Origin: Candidatus Micrarchaeota archaeon
GTDB lineage: Archaea > B1Sed10-29 > B47-G15
Reading direction: 5' to 3'
Assembly (NCBI GenBank): GCA_003660975.1
Contig: QMVG01000005.1
Location: forward strand, 9,963 to 73,962
DNA: 64,000 nt
Shown in pieces: positions 29,294 through 38,981 of the stretch. Numbering within the stretch: the stretch's first letter is position 1; each line of letters opens with the position of its first letter. Position numbers and translations under genes: made by a program. The notes under the pieces are model-generated. The model worked only from the letters and a program-made list of their open reading frames with translations. It did no database searches and had not been told where the DNA came from.

Positions 29294-31588
29294 TCACTTT
29301 AAGTTATGCATGAGTATTAAATCTTCCTTAAAAGGCAATAGCTCATTTGGTATTTCAATACCTCTTATTTCGGACTTCAGAGATATGTTCATTTCCTTTT
29401 TCTTTTTCCAAACCATGGAATTAAAGTTGCAGAGTGCTTCTGTTAGCTCCGAGTACCCTTTTTCTCCAAACTTTTCAGGGAAAGCTCCCTTGTGAATGTT
29501 TCCGCCGTATATCTTTTTGTAAGCTTCATACGTAATAAAAGGTATTATGGGGGCCAAAAGCTTAAGAATCTTTTTGAAGCTTTCATGAATTGTATAAAGA
29601 GCAGAATCATCGCCTTCATATGCTCTTGACTTTACCATCTCCAGATAATGGGGAGCATATATATTCCAGATAAATGTCCTTACCTGATTAGCAGGGATGT
29701 AAAAATTGTAATCGTCATAACCCTCCATACATTTTTCAATTAAAACATCTACTTCTCCCATAATCCACCTGTCTGTGGCCTTGATCTCAGGCATTTCTTT
29801 TTTGATAGGCAATTTAGACACAAACCTAGCAACATTCCACAGCTTAGTCAGAAATTTGCCTGCTCCAGCAATTCTCTCCGCACTTATCCTAAAGTCACCA
29901 CCTATGCTGGTTTCAGATGCAGCCCAAAACCTAAAAGCATCAGCACCGTACTTTTCAATTACCGGCTTTGGCTCTATGATATTTCCCTTACTCTTTGACA
30001 TTTTCTTTCCGTGTTCATCAAGCCCCATGCCAGTTATCCAAACGTGCTTAAAAGCAGGTTTCCTGGTAAGCTGGAAATTCCTAAGCAATGTGTAATATAA
30101 CCAGGTCCTGACAATGTCTCTTCCTTGAGGTCTCATATGTGTAGGGTATGCCTTTTTGAATAGTGCATCATCCCTTAGATAACCAGAAACATAGAGGTTG
30201 CTTATACTTGAGTCCATCCATGTGTCAAAAACCTTTTTCTCCCCTGTGAAATCTTTATCATTACCACAGTGCGGGCAAGTTCCTGGGAAGTCTTCTTTCC
30301 ACGGCTGATAGTACTTTCCAGGTTCTGGCACAAGCCACGCTCCGCATTTATTGCATTTCCACAAGGGAATCTCAGTAGCAAAATACCTTGCTCGGCTTAT
30401 AGGCCAATCCATCGTTATTGAATCAATCCAATCCAACAGTATTCTCTTATGCTCCTTCGGGTGGAATTCAATGTTATCTGCTATTTTTCTTATATCGTCC
30501 AGGAAATCCAGTTGCTTTACATACCATTCTTTCATTGGAAGAAATTCTATCCTTGACCCACACCTGCTACATCGCGGCACCCTTTGCTGGACCCTCTCTT
30601 CTTTTACTTTGTAAGGCTCAAGGTCTTTCAGTATTGCTTGCCGTGCTTCCTCAACAGTCATACCTTTGTATTTTCCAACAGCTGCAGTCATCCTACCAAA
30701 TTCGTCAATGCACTGCAATGGCTCTAGCTTTAATCCCTTGAATAGTTCTATATCACCGAAGTCTCCATAGGAACATATCATGACCAGGCCAGAACCATAT
30801 TCTATTTTTGCGTATTTGTGTGGAATAATAGGAATTTTATTGTTATACAAAGGCACTATGGCTTTCTTTCCTTTAAGGTGCTTGTACCTTTCGTCTTTTG
30901 GGTTATAGATAACAGCTTTACACGCTGCTAAAAGCTCGGGTCTTGTGGTTGCAACTATCAACTCTTCTTCTGAGTCCTCTACCTTAAAGATTAAGTAATG
31001 CAGTGTTGTACTCCCTTCCACGTATTCTAGTTCAGCATCTGCCAATGTCGTTCTGCAGCCAGTGCACCAGTTTATAGGTCTTGTATCCTCATAAACCAAA
31101 CCCTTCTTCCACAATTCAATGAACGTGGCCTGTGTTATCTTTCTGTATTCAGGTGAATCAGTCATGTACGTATTCTCATAATCTGCACTCATGCCTGTCC
31201 TATAGTAAAGTTCCAATATCTCCTTGGAGTATTTATCTATTTCCTCTTTACACAGTTTTATGAACTCCTCCCTCTGGTACTCATGAAGTTTTTTGCCATA
31301 CTTTTTCTCAACAACTCTCTCAACAGGTAGGCCGTTCCTGTCCAAGCAAAATGGAAAGATTACCTCCTTACCTTTCATTCTCTCGCTTCTTGCTATAGCG
31401 TCAATCAAAGTATAATGAGCAACGGCTCCTATATGCCACGAGCCAGAAGGATAAACAGGGGGATTGTCAATTACAAAAAATTCTTTGTCTGAGTCGAAAT
31501 TAGCTTTAAAATCATTGTTCTTCAACCACTCTCTAAAGATTTCTTTCTCTTTTTTTACATCCCATCTCTTCTCTTCTATTTCAGCCAT
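29294..31588 (-). CDS. valS: Valyl-tRNA synthetase (archaeal type)
   Basis: PP.YPSG..HIG, ATTRPELL, G.VMICSYGD, DW.ISR.R, DTWMDSS, RPQG.DI.RTW, KMSKS. Confidence 0.92.
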   Translation of the reverse strand: MAEIEEKRWDVKKEKEIFREWLKNNDFKANFDSDKEFFVIDNPPVYPSGSWHIGAVAHYTLIDAIARSERMKGKEVIFPFCLDRNGLPVERVVEKKYGKKLHEYQREEFIKLCKEEIDKYSKEILELYYRTGMSADYENTYMTDSPEYRKITQATFIELWKKGLVYEDTRPINWCTGCRTTLADAELEYVEGSTTLHYLIFKVEDSEEELIVATTRPELLAACKAVIYNPKDERYKHLKGKKAIVPLYNNKIPIIPHKYAKIEYGSGLVMICSYGDFGDIELFKGLKLEPLQCIDEFGRMTAAVGKYKGMTVEEARQAILKDLEPYKVKEERVQQRVPRCSRCGSRIEFLPMKEWYVKQLDFLDDIRKIADNIEFHPKEHKRILLDWIDSITMDWPISRARYFATEIPLWKCNKCGAWLVPEPGKYYQPWKEDFPGTCPHCGNDKDFTGEKKVFDTWMDSSISNLYVSGYLRDDALFKKAYPTHMRPQGRDIVRTWLYYTLLRNFQLTRKPAFKHVWITGMGLDEHGKKMSKSKGNIIEPKPVIEKYGADAFRFWAASETSIGGDFRISAERIAGAGKFLTKLWNVARFVSKLPIKKEMPEIKATDRWIMGEVDVLIEKCMEGYDDYNFYIPANQVRTFIWNIYAPHYLEMVKSRAYEGDDSALYTIHESFKKILKLLAPIIPFITYEAYKKIYGGNIHKGAFPEKFGEKGYSELTEALCNFNSMVWKKKKEMNISLKSEIRGIEIPNELLPFKEDLILMHNLK

Positions 31589-31727
31589 TAAACAACCTCT
31601 GTTTCCTTTAGCCGCTTGACAAAGAGCCAAACGGCTAAGAAATCGTTACTATAACAGTAATTTGTTTTATAGAGATAAAGGCCATAACTCTCCCGCATTA
31701 GTAATTTCTCATAGATATTATATAAAT

Positions 31728-32675
31728 TTACTGTTCTTTTGTCTCATCATCAGGACCTATCAGTACTGTGCCTCCAATCTCTTTTCTACCTGTAAATGTT
31801 TTCTCTTCAACCTCTTCCTCTATCTCTTTTTCAGCTCTTTTTATTCTCATTATAGCAATGAAACCAAAAAATATGATAAACACCACAGTAACAGCAAAAC
31901 CTACAAGCCTTCCAGTCGCTGACATAAGAAAGTCTATGAAATCATCAAGCGGCGTTCTTTTGTTTTCTATAATAACCTGTTTTGCTGGCAGAATCGGAGC
32001 AATGCTTTGGTTTTCTTTCTTTCTTGGTTCTATCCTCTCTTCTCCAACAACTATATTTGAAATTTCCCAGTACACATCCTTTTTTGCAGGGGCCAGAAGC
32101 TTGGAATGAAAGAGAATCGTTAGATTCTTACTATCCCCACAATCAACAGTGAAACTCTTTACATAAGTTTGGTTTAAGGCAATAGGTGGGTTTTCTGATG
32201 AATAATCGCCACTAAAATGCTCACAGCTACCATTGTATTCTCCTTTTGAGCTATCGTATGAATAGCAATTCGCCTTGCCCCAAAGCTCAAAAAAACCTCT
32301 TATTTCGTTTAAGCTATTGCCATTCCTCACTGAATAAACATAGCACGCTTCGTCTGCAAAGCCGTGTTTCACAAAGTCTGGATTTGAAAGATTGACATCT
32401 CTGTCGTAGAAATACACGTCAAGCCGAGGTATAAATGAAGTTCCAACATCTATCCTAAAACTAAAGGAGAAGTCAAATCTATCTCCTCTCTTTCCCGTAT
32501 TAATTTTCAAAAACCACTCTCCAAACGTTTTTTTCGGAGCACTTACCATAAAAGAGCTTTCAGTTTCATTTAGAGTGAAACCAGAAGCATTTAGGCCCGA
32601 TGTTGTCAATTCTACATCTATTGCTATTGAAGGTATCAGAAATGCCAAAACAAAAAATATCACTTTTGCCCTCAT
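31728..32675 (-). CDS. Hypothetical secreted protein with C-terminal TM anchor
   Basis: Signal peptide MRAKVIFFVLAFLIPSIA, beta-rich body with N-glycosylation sequons, TM plus acidic tail. Confidence 0.65.
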   Translation of the reverse strand: MRAKVIFFVLAFLIPSIAIDVELTTSGLNASGFTLNETESSFMVSAPKKTFGEWFLKINTGKRGDRFDFSFSFRIDVGTSFIPRLDVYFYDRDVNLSNPDFVKHGFADEACYVYSVRNGNSLNEIRGFFELWGKANCYSYDSSKGEYNGSCEHFSGDYSSENPPIALNQTYVKSFTVDCGDSKNLTILFHSKLLAPAKKDVYWEISNIVVGEERIEPRKKENQSIAPILPAKQVIIENKRTPLDDFIDFLMSATGRLVGFAVTVVFIIFFGFIAIMRIKRAEKEIEEEVEEKTFTGRKEIGGTVLIGPDDETKEQ

Positions 32676-32698
32676 CAAAAATGAGAACACATTTGCAT

Positions 32699-34165
32699 TT
32701 AATAAGATTTTGCTAAGTAAACCATCAATTTGGCTTCTCTTCCACAGATAATACATTTACCTTTTGCTGCTTCCTCTCTACCATGTAGGACGCCTCTAAC
32801 CTCCAAGCCAGTTTCTTCTTTTATCACGTCAGCGCAAGGCTTGCCATCACTATCAATTGAGCAGAAGGGCACTTTGATAAAGCCCCCTTTATCAGCTAAC
32901 TTTTTCAATTCTTCTTTCGTTTTTGCCTCAAAGAGTCGTGAATTGAAGTCTTTATCTGCCTTTTCTTTCAGATTTTTGAGAATTTCTTTTCCTACATTCT
33001 TTAGATACTTGTCAAGCTCTTTTTCATCTATCATCTCTCTTTTTCCTGTATCCCTCCTTACGATAGTAAGTTTGGCTTCATGTAACTCTTTCTCTCCTAC
33101 CTCGATTCTGATTGGAACGCCTCTAAGCTCCCAATAATAAAATTTAGCTCCAGGTTGCTTATCACTCTCATCAAATTCAACCCTGTATTCTTTTTTTAGT
33201 TTCTCGTGTAGCATCAAGCACTTGGTGTTTATTGCATCAATATCTACTCCTGTCTTGAATATTGGCACAATAACAATCTGAATAGGAGCTATTTCAAATG
33301 GAAAGACGCAGCCTTTATTGTCACCGTGAACTGCAATCACAGCTGCCAGGATTCTACCTACAGCAGGCCCATAGCATGTCTGCCACGGGTGCCTTTCATT
33401 TCCGTCTTTATCAATAAAGCTTATGCCAAATGTCTTTGAAAAGTTCTGGCCTAAAAAGTGAGTGGAAGGCAGCTGTAAAACCCTCCCACTTGCAATCAAA
33501 GCATCAGCCCCAAAAGTATATTCAGCACCTGCAAACTTGTCCCATGAGGGTCTTCTAAAATATAAAAAAGGAATGCCCAATTTATTGTGGATTATCTCCT
33601 CTGTGATTTCCATATCTTCAATAACCTGTCTCTCAGCCTCTCTTTTGCTCTCAAAAACATCATGCGCCTCTATCCAGTAAAACTCTCTGTCCCTCAATAG
33701 AGGTCTAGTATGCTTGGTCTCATAGCGCCAAACTTGGCAGCGCTGGTAAGCTTTAAATGGAAGGTCTCTATATGAGCGAATCCATTGGGCATACATTATA
33801 TACATTGCTGTTTCGCTTGTTGGTCTCAATGCTAGCTTTTTTTCCAACTTAGTACTACCACCATGAGTTATCCAAAACACATTTGGTGAGAAGCCCTCAA
33901 CATGTTCTGCCTCTTTCTCAAAGTTCTCCTCTGGAATCACAGCTGGAAAGCGCATTGGTTTATGCCCTCTCCTTTGCAATTCCTTTTCAAACATCTCTTC
34001 AATCAGGTTTTCAGCAATTGTGGCATTCGGTCTGTGAACTAGAAAACCCTTTACATTATACCTTTGATCTATTAGCTCTGCCCTCCACAGTAGTTCATTA
34101 TACCACTCGCTGAAATGCTTTTCTTTGTCTATATTGAACTCTTTGTCAGCAACCTCTTCAGGCAT
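32699..34165 (-). CDS. proS: Prolyl-tRNA synthetase (archaeal/eukaryotic type)
   Basis: LRPTSET, RSYRDLP, WRYE...RPLLR.REF, KFAGA, HGD..G, C-terminal Y. Confidence 0.95.
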   Translation of the reverse strand: MPEEVADKEFNIDKEKHFSEWYNELLWRAELIDQRYNVKGFLVHRPNATIAENLIEEMFEKELQRRGHKPMRFPAVIPEENFEKEAEHVEGFSPNVFWITHGGSTKLEKKLALRPTSETAMYIMYAQWIRSYRDLPFKAYQRCQVWRYETKHTRPLLRDREFYWIEAHDVFESKREAERQVIEDMEITEEIIHNKLGIPFLYFRRPSWDKFAGAEYTFGADALIASGRVLQLPSTHFLGQNFSKTFGISFIDKDGNERHPWQTCYGPAVGRILAAVIAVHGDNKGCVFPFEIAPIQIVIVPIFKTGVDIDAINTKCLMLHEKLKKEYRVEFDESDKQPGAKFYYWELRGVPIRIEVGEKELHEAKLTIVRRDTGKREMIDEKELDKYLKNVGKEILKNLKEKADKDFNSRLFEAKTKEELKKLADKGGFIKVPFCSIDSDGKPCADVIKEETGLEVRGVLHGREEAAKGKCIICGREAKLMVYLAKSY

Positions 34166-34172
34166 TATACTA

Positions 34173-34562
34173 TCACCTTACCCTGCTTATTAGCCTCCTG
34201 CCAAGAATTTCCCAGACTTCTACCTCCTGCCCTGCTTCTAGTTTTCCTTTCATGTCCTCTGGGATGTCCTCTTCATAGGTCTCATAGCTTTCCATGTCCA
34301 TTAACTGCGCCCTATCGCCCATAAGGGCTATGACCTGGGCAGTTTTCCTAATTAATATAGGAACATCAACCCTCATATCACCAGGTCCCAAAATATTTTT
34401 CTTTTTTCCTGAAAATAGCGAAACAGCAGAAACCCTTGCTTTTGCTTCACCATGCTTTCCTGGTTTGCTTATACTTATGTCAACAACCCTGCACGGCTCA
34501 CCATCAATAACAACTAGTTTTCCTGGTTTTAATTCCTTAAGCTCCTTTCTCTCAACTTCCAT
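34173..34562 (-). CDS. eif5a: Translation factor aIF5A
   Basis: SKPGKHGEAK hypusination motif; QLMD.E.YET. Confidence 0.95.
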   Translation of the reverse strand: MEVERKELKELKPGKLVVIDGEPCRVVDISISKPGKHGEAKARVSAVSLFSGKKKNILGPGDMRVDVPILIRKTAQVIALMGDRAQLMDMESYETYEEDIPEDMKGKLEAGQEVEVWEILGRRLISRVR

Positions 34563-34572
34563 TCCGCACACC

Positions 34573-35595
34573 TCATTTGATATCTATGTCAAATTTTTTC
34601 TTGCGCTTCAGGCCCAAACGATAAGCGCAGAAAAGACCTGTGAAAGTGACAAGCCAGTATGATATAAACCTGTCCAATATAGTCTGCGCTCCGGCCAAAG
34701 CAGTGTTCATGCCTGATAGCACATAAATAATTATCATAGAACTCTCTATTAAAGCTAACCCTCCAGGTATTAATGGAAGAAAACCTACAAGAGCAGTTAT
34801 CACCAAGACAGTAAATATGACATAAAGAGAAACATTGGCTCCCAAAGCTCTGAAAACAAAGAACATCCTGAAAGAATCTGCGAGCCACACCATAAATGAA
34901 AGCACAAGAGCGTACAGCCATAGTCTTTTCTCCCTAAGCAGGTATCTAGCATTGTATATATAGTCTTCAACGCCTGATAATATCTGCTTCTGAACTGATT
35001 TTTTTCTAAGCCTTCTCGAAAAACGAGAAAAGAAGCTTATAAGCTTGTTCACAAGACCCATTCCTGCCTTCTTTTCTAGAGAGAGATAGAGCATCACAAA
35101 CAAAAAAAAGGCATTAAAGGCAAAAGCAATGAAAAGCAATGAAGATATCCATAACGGCAATACAACCATAGCACTGCCAAGAACCACGAGAGAAATCATT
35201 GCAAATGTTGCTGCATCAAATATCCTTTCAATTACAACAGTTGACAAGCTCTTTCCAGTTCTGCAATTTCCGTGTTTGTTTAACAGATAGGCCCTAAGTG
35301 GCTCTCCTCCTACACGAGCTGAAGGTGTTATGTTGCTTATTGAAATACCAGCAAGCATGATTTGATATATTTTAAAAAAAGAAATCTTAACACCAGCCTT
35401 GTCTGTAAATATCTTCCACCTCTCTGTTAGAAAGGCAATACCTAGAAACTGGAGCAGGACAGCCAAAGCAAGATATAGCAAATTCGCTTTATTGAGCAGG
35501 GCAATTATCTCATCCACCCCTAAGATAAAGCTTATTGTTACAGCTACAAGAACACCTGTCAGCACCAAAACAAATAAGAGCCTCTTAATTTCCAT
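34573..35595 (-). CDS. UPF0104/lysylphosphatidylglycerol-synthase TM (flippase-like) protein
   Basis: RW, NITPSARVGGEP.RAY, ERIFD, PGGL...E, R..SYW; multiple TM helices. Confidence 0.85.
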   Translation of the reverse strand: MEIKRLLFVLVLTGVLVAVTISFILGVDEIIALLNKANLLYLALAVLLQFLGIAFLTERWKIFTDKAGVKISFFKIYQIMLAGISISNITPSARVGGEPLRAYLLNKHGNCRTGKSLSTVVIERIFDAATFAMISLVVLGSAMVVLPLWISSLLFIAFAFNAFFLFVMLYLSLEKKAGMGLVNKLISFFSRFSRRLRKKSVQKQILSGVEDYIYNARYLLREKRLWLYALVLSFMVWLADSFRMFFVFRALGANVSLYVIFTVLVITALVGFLPLIPGGLALIESSMIIIYVLSGMNTALAGAQTILDRFISYWLVTFTGLFCAYRLGLKRKKKFDIDIK

Positions 35596-35633
35596 AACTA
35601 ACATTACTCTATACTTTTATAAATAATATTGCT

Positions 35634-36404
35634 GTGACTGATGCATTAGGTGGTGTTGTGATAGACAACCATGCGCACTTAGATGATAAGCGATTCAAGA
35701 AGGATATTGACGAAGTGGTCAAAAGGGCCAAAGAAAAGCTTGATGCAGTTTTTCTGCCTGCCTCAAGCTTTAGAAGCAACAGGCGAGTATTACAACTCCA
35801 CAGGGCCTATCCTGAATTCCTGTATCCCATGGCAGGGATGGACCCAATGGCCTGCCTAAAAAAGCCAGAAAAGATAGATGATGTTGAAATATGGGCAAAA
35901 GAGGAAAAAGATATAATTGCAATAGGAGAGGTTGGTTTAGAGTATTACCATGCAGCAGAGGAAAAGGAGCGTCAGAAAATAAATCTTGGGAGGTTTATAG
36001 CACTGGCAAATGAGATTCACAAGCCATTAGTAATTCATTGCAGAGAAGCGTGGTCAGATATATTCAAAGAGCTTGAAAGGGCAGAAGTTAACGTAATACT
36101 CCATGCTTTCTCAGGAGGGCTGGAAGAAATCAAGAGAGCGATTGACAGCTCTTTTTATATCTCTCTCGCTACCAATATTTGTTATCCAGAAAACATAAGG
36201 TTAATTAAACACATTCCCTTAGATATTATGTTGCTTGAGACAGATTCACCGTATTTACACCCTTACAGACAGGGAAGAAATGAACCTGCAAATGTCTGGG
36301 AAAGCGCACGAAAGATATCTGAGATAAAAGGCATAGAATTAAAGGAATTAAACAATATAATTAATAAAAACACATGGAAAGCCTTTAAGGTAAGAGGTGC
36401 TTAG
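35634..36404 (+). CDS. tatD: TatD-family nuclease
   Basis: DNHAHL, AIGEVGL, IHCREA, HAFSG, LETDSPY. Confidence 0.92.
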   Translation: MTDALGGVVIDNHAHLDDKRFKKDIDEVVKRAKEKLDAVFLPASSFRSNRRVLQLHRAYPEFLYPMAGMDPMACLKKPEKIDDVEIWAKEEKDIIAIGEVGLEYYHAAEEKERQKINLGRFIALANEIHKPLVIHCREAWSDIFKELERAEVNVILHAFSGGLEEIKRAIDSSFYISLATNICYPENIRLIKHIPLDIMLLETDSPYLHPYRQGRNEPANVWESARKISEIKGIELKELNNIINKNTWKAFKVRGA

Positions 36405-36872
36405 ATGCCGAGAATACTGGAAGAAGTTAAAACAAAATTTGGTATGGGAAAGAAAAAGAAAGCAATAGCTTTCTTTGTTGATGGTCCGAATATGCTTAGA
36501 AAAGAATTTGATTTTGACTTGAACAAAGTCAAACAGCAACTGGAGAAATTTGGAAGTATAAAGATTGGCAAGGTTTTCTTAAACCAATATGCTCCTGAAA
36601 AACTGATAGAAGCAATAGTGAATCAAGGTTTTGAAGTTGTTATAGTCACAAGCGATGATATTGATGCTCCAATGGCAGCAGAAGCCATGGAGGCAATTTT
36701 CAATGGTCACATAGATGTAATTGCTGTAATGACAAGAGATGGAGATTTCCAATCCATTTTATTGAAAGCTAAAAAATACGGAAAAGACACTATTGTTATA
36801 GGAAGCGAGCCACTTTCGGCCTCATTAAGAAACACGGCAGATTATGTTATTAAAATCAATGAGAGGCGCTGA
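36405..36872 (+). CDS. TIGR00288-family NYN-domain protein
   Basis: FVDGPNMLRKEF, NQYAP.KLIEA, TRDGDF. Confidence 0.85.
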   Translation: MPRILEEVKTKFGMGKKKKAIAFFVDGPNMLRKEFDFDLNKVKQQLEKFGSIKIGKVFLNQYAPEKLIEAIVNQGFEVVIVTSDDIDAPMAAEAMEAIFNGHIDVIAVMTRDGDFQSILLKAKKYGKDTIVIGSEPLSASLRNTADYVIKINERR

Positions 36873-36873
36873 T

Positions 36874-37404
36874 ATGAGGATAAGTGCTGGGAAGGTAATT
36901 GACAAGGGAAAAGCCACTGAAGAAATTAATGCAAAGGAATATATTCTAAACCTAATGAATGCCTCTTTCAATGGATATATAACAGTTACCGCAGAAGGCA
37001 ATTACGGTTTAGAGGAGGGAATAATTGTCTTCAGCGAAGGCAAAATTGTTGCTTCTTCATATAATTATTTCACATTCGAAAAAGAATTCAGAGCAGAGGA
37101 AGCATTAAAGAGAAGCCTCAATGCTTTTTTAAATCCAAGAGCCATCATTGACTCATATGCTCTGGAGAGCTATCAAGTACAGCTTTTTATGACTCTAAAT
37201 GATGATTACCTTTTAAAAGAGGGGGTGGGTCCAGAAAATTTAACAGTTCCCAACAGTTTCTCCCGTGATTTTGAAAATGAGGTTCTTCACAGTAGCAAAG
37301 AGGCTTCTGGTCTTTCAAGAGAGGCATTGTTAAAGAAGTATAATCTTGTAATGCTGTCAAGCCCACCATCTTTATCAAAGGGAGATAAAAATGAAAGCAG
37401 TTGA
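36874..37404 (+). CDS. DUF2226-like protein
   Basis: FNGYI......G.EEG.I.F.EG.IV, 'SRE.LLKKY' C-terminal motif; neighbour of MinD. Confidence 0.6.
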   Translation: MRISAGKVIDKGKATEEINAKEYILNLMNASFNGYITVTAEGNYGLEEGIIVFSEGKIVASSYNYFTFEKEFRAEEALKRSLNAFLNPRAIIDSYALESYQVQLFMTLNDDYLLKEGVGPENLTVPNSFSRDFENEVLHSSKEASGLSREALLKKYNLVMLSSPPSLSKGDKNESS

Positions 37405-37843
37405 GTTAATTTATAATATACTTGGGAAGAAAACTTCTAAGCAATTAGAAGAGGAAAAAATGAGAATACTCAAAGAGCTCATAACTGAGCATAAGAGGAA
37501 AGAAGCAGAGAAACTAGATGAATATGCCAAACAATTAGCGAGTGATTACGATGTTAAGCATATTGTTGTTTCAAATGTAAATGGAGAGATGGTGCTGAGC
37601 ACTGATGAAAAAGCATACTCAAATGCAATAAAAGGGTCAAGCATATTTGAATACATTCAGTCTGAGTTTCCAAAAGCTAAAATGGTAGTAGTAAAAGATG
37701 ACGAAGGATACAAAAACATCTATAAATTCAAAAATAAAATTTACAGCATAAGAGCAGATGGTGAGATGAGTTCAATTGAATTAAGAAGAATCGCTCAGAT
37801 GCTTGAAGAGGGGAGCAAAAGGTTTAAGGAGGAGGAAGAGTGA
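37391..37843 (+). CDS. Hypothetical protein, possible Roadblock/longin-like fold
   Basis: Helix-V..IVVS..NG.MV.S-helix-three strands-terminal helix pattern. Confidence 0.45.
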   Translation: MKAVELIYNILGKKTSKQLEEEKMRILKELITEHKRKEAEKLDEYAKQLASDYDVKHIVVSNVNGEMVLSTDEKAYSNAIKGSSIFEYIQSEFPKAKMVVVKDDEGYKNIYKFKNKIYSIRADGEMSSIELRRIAQMLEEGSKRFKEEEE

Positions 37844-38655
37844 CAAGAACAATAGCCATTGCCTCTGGCAAGGGAGGTGTTGGGAAAACAACCATTGCAG
37901 CTAATTTAGGTATCGCTATTGCGGCTACTGGAAAAAAGGTAATTATATTGGATGCAGACATTGATATGGCAAATCTAGAGCTGGCTTTGGGAATGGAAGG
38001 CAGACCATTAACGCTGCAGGATGTAGTTTCTGGTGAAGCCAACATTGAAGATGCATTGTACGAAACATATAATAAAGCACTATTCATGCCAGCAGGCATA
38101 AGCCCTGCACAGCAGAGAAGAATAGACCCTGAGAAGCTCCCAGAGCTTGTGGAGAAGTTGGCTGAGATGGCTGATTTTGTGATATTGGACTGTCCTGCTG
38201 GCACTGGAAAGGACACTCTTGCCTGCTTTAATGCCTGTAAAGAGACCTTACTTGTTGTGATTCCAGAAAAGATGAGTGTGGCAGACGCATATAAGACAGC
38301 ACAAGCTGCTCAAAGGATGGGCAGTTCAGTCACGGGTGTAATAATAAACATGATAACAGGAGAGAGAGGAGAGATAAAAGACAAGGAGATAGCCGCGCTT
38401 CTAAATGCCCCCATACTGGCAAGAATAAAGCTTGACCCCGCTATCAAAAAATCTGTTGCTTCAGGCAAACCAATAGTGATATCTGATCCTGAAAATGAGA
38501 ATGTTGAAGAGATACACAAATTGGTCGCTTCTCTGACAGGTGCTGCTTATATACCAGAACTTCCTAAAAAATCATGGTTGAAAAAAATCATTAGTTTTTT
38601 AAAATTTAAAAGAGGTGACACAAAACATGGCAGAGGAGATAAGCAGGCCTTTTGA
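37840..38655 (+). CDS. minD: MinD/ParA-family ATPase (archaeal MinD)
   Basis: SGKGGVGKTT, DADIDMANL, DCPAG, amphipathic WLKKIISFLKF near the C-terminus. Confidence 0.9.
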   Translation: MTRTIAIASGKGGVGKTTIAANLGIAIAATGKKVIILDADIDMANLELALGMEGRPLTLQDVVSGEANIEDALYETYNKALFMPAGISPAQQRRIDPEKLPELVEKLAEMADFVILDCPAGTGKDTLACFNACKETLLVVIPEKMSVADAYKTAQAAQRMGSSVTGVIINMITGERGEIKDKEIAALLNAPILARIKLDPAIKKSVASGKPIVISDPENENVEEIHKLVASLTGAAYIPELPKKSWLKKIISFLKFKRGDTKHGRGDKQAF

Positions 38656-38854
38656 CCTTTTGAACAGCATCGTTGGAAAAAGCGCAATGGTAAAGCTGAA
38701 GGGCAATATGCAGCTGCGCGGCATATTGAGAGCTTTTGACCAGCATATGAATCTCGTGTTAGAAGATGCTGACGAGCTGAAAGATGACCAAAAGGTGGCC
38801 AGGATAGGAACTGTAATTGTAAGGGGAGACAACATTCTATATGTGTCACCTTAG
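38627..38854 (+). CDS. Sm-like (Lsm/SmAP) protein
   Basis: RP.D.L, G.L.AFDQHMNLVL.DA.E, IVRGDNILYVSP. Confidence 0.93.
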   Translation: MAEEISRPFDLLNSIVGKSAMVKLKGNMQLRGILRAFDQHMNLVLEDADELKDDQKVARIGTVIVRGDNILYVSP

Positions 38855-38909
38855 AAAGAGTTAATAAGTTTTTATTTCAAAAATTTCTTAGTTTTACTTA
38901 TATGCAAAA

Positions 38910-38981
38910 GGGCCCGTAGATCAGTGGTAGATCGTCCGCCTTGCACGCGGAAGGTCGGGGGTTCAAATCCCTCCGGGTCCA
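38910..38981 (+). tRNA. tRNA-Ala (TGC)
   Basis: GGGCCCG/CGGGTCC acceptor with G3:U70, TCCGC-CTTGCAC-GCGGA anticodon arm, TTCAAAT loop, A73. Confidence 0.95.
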
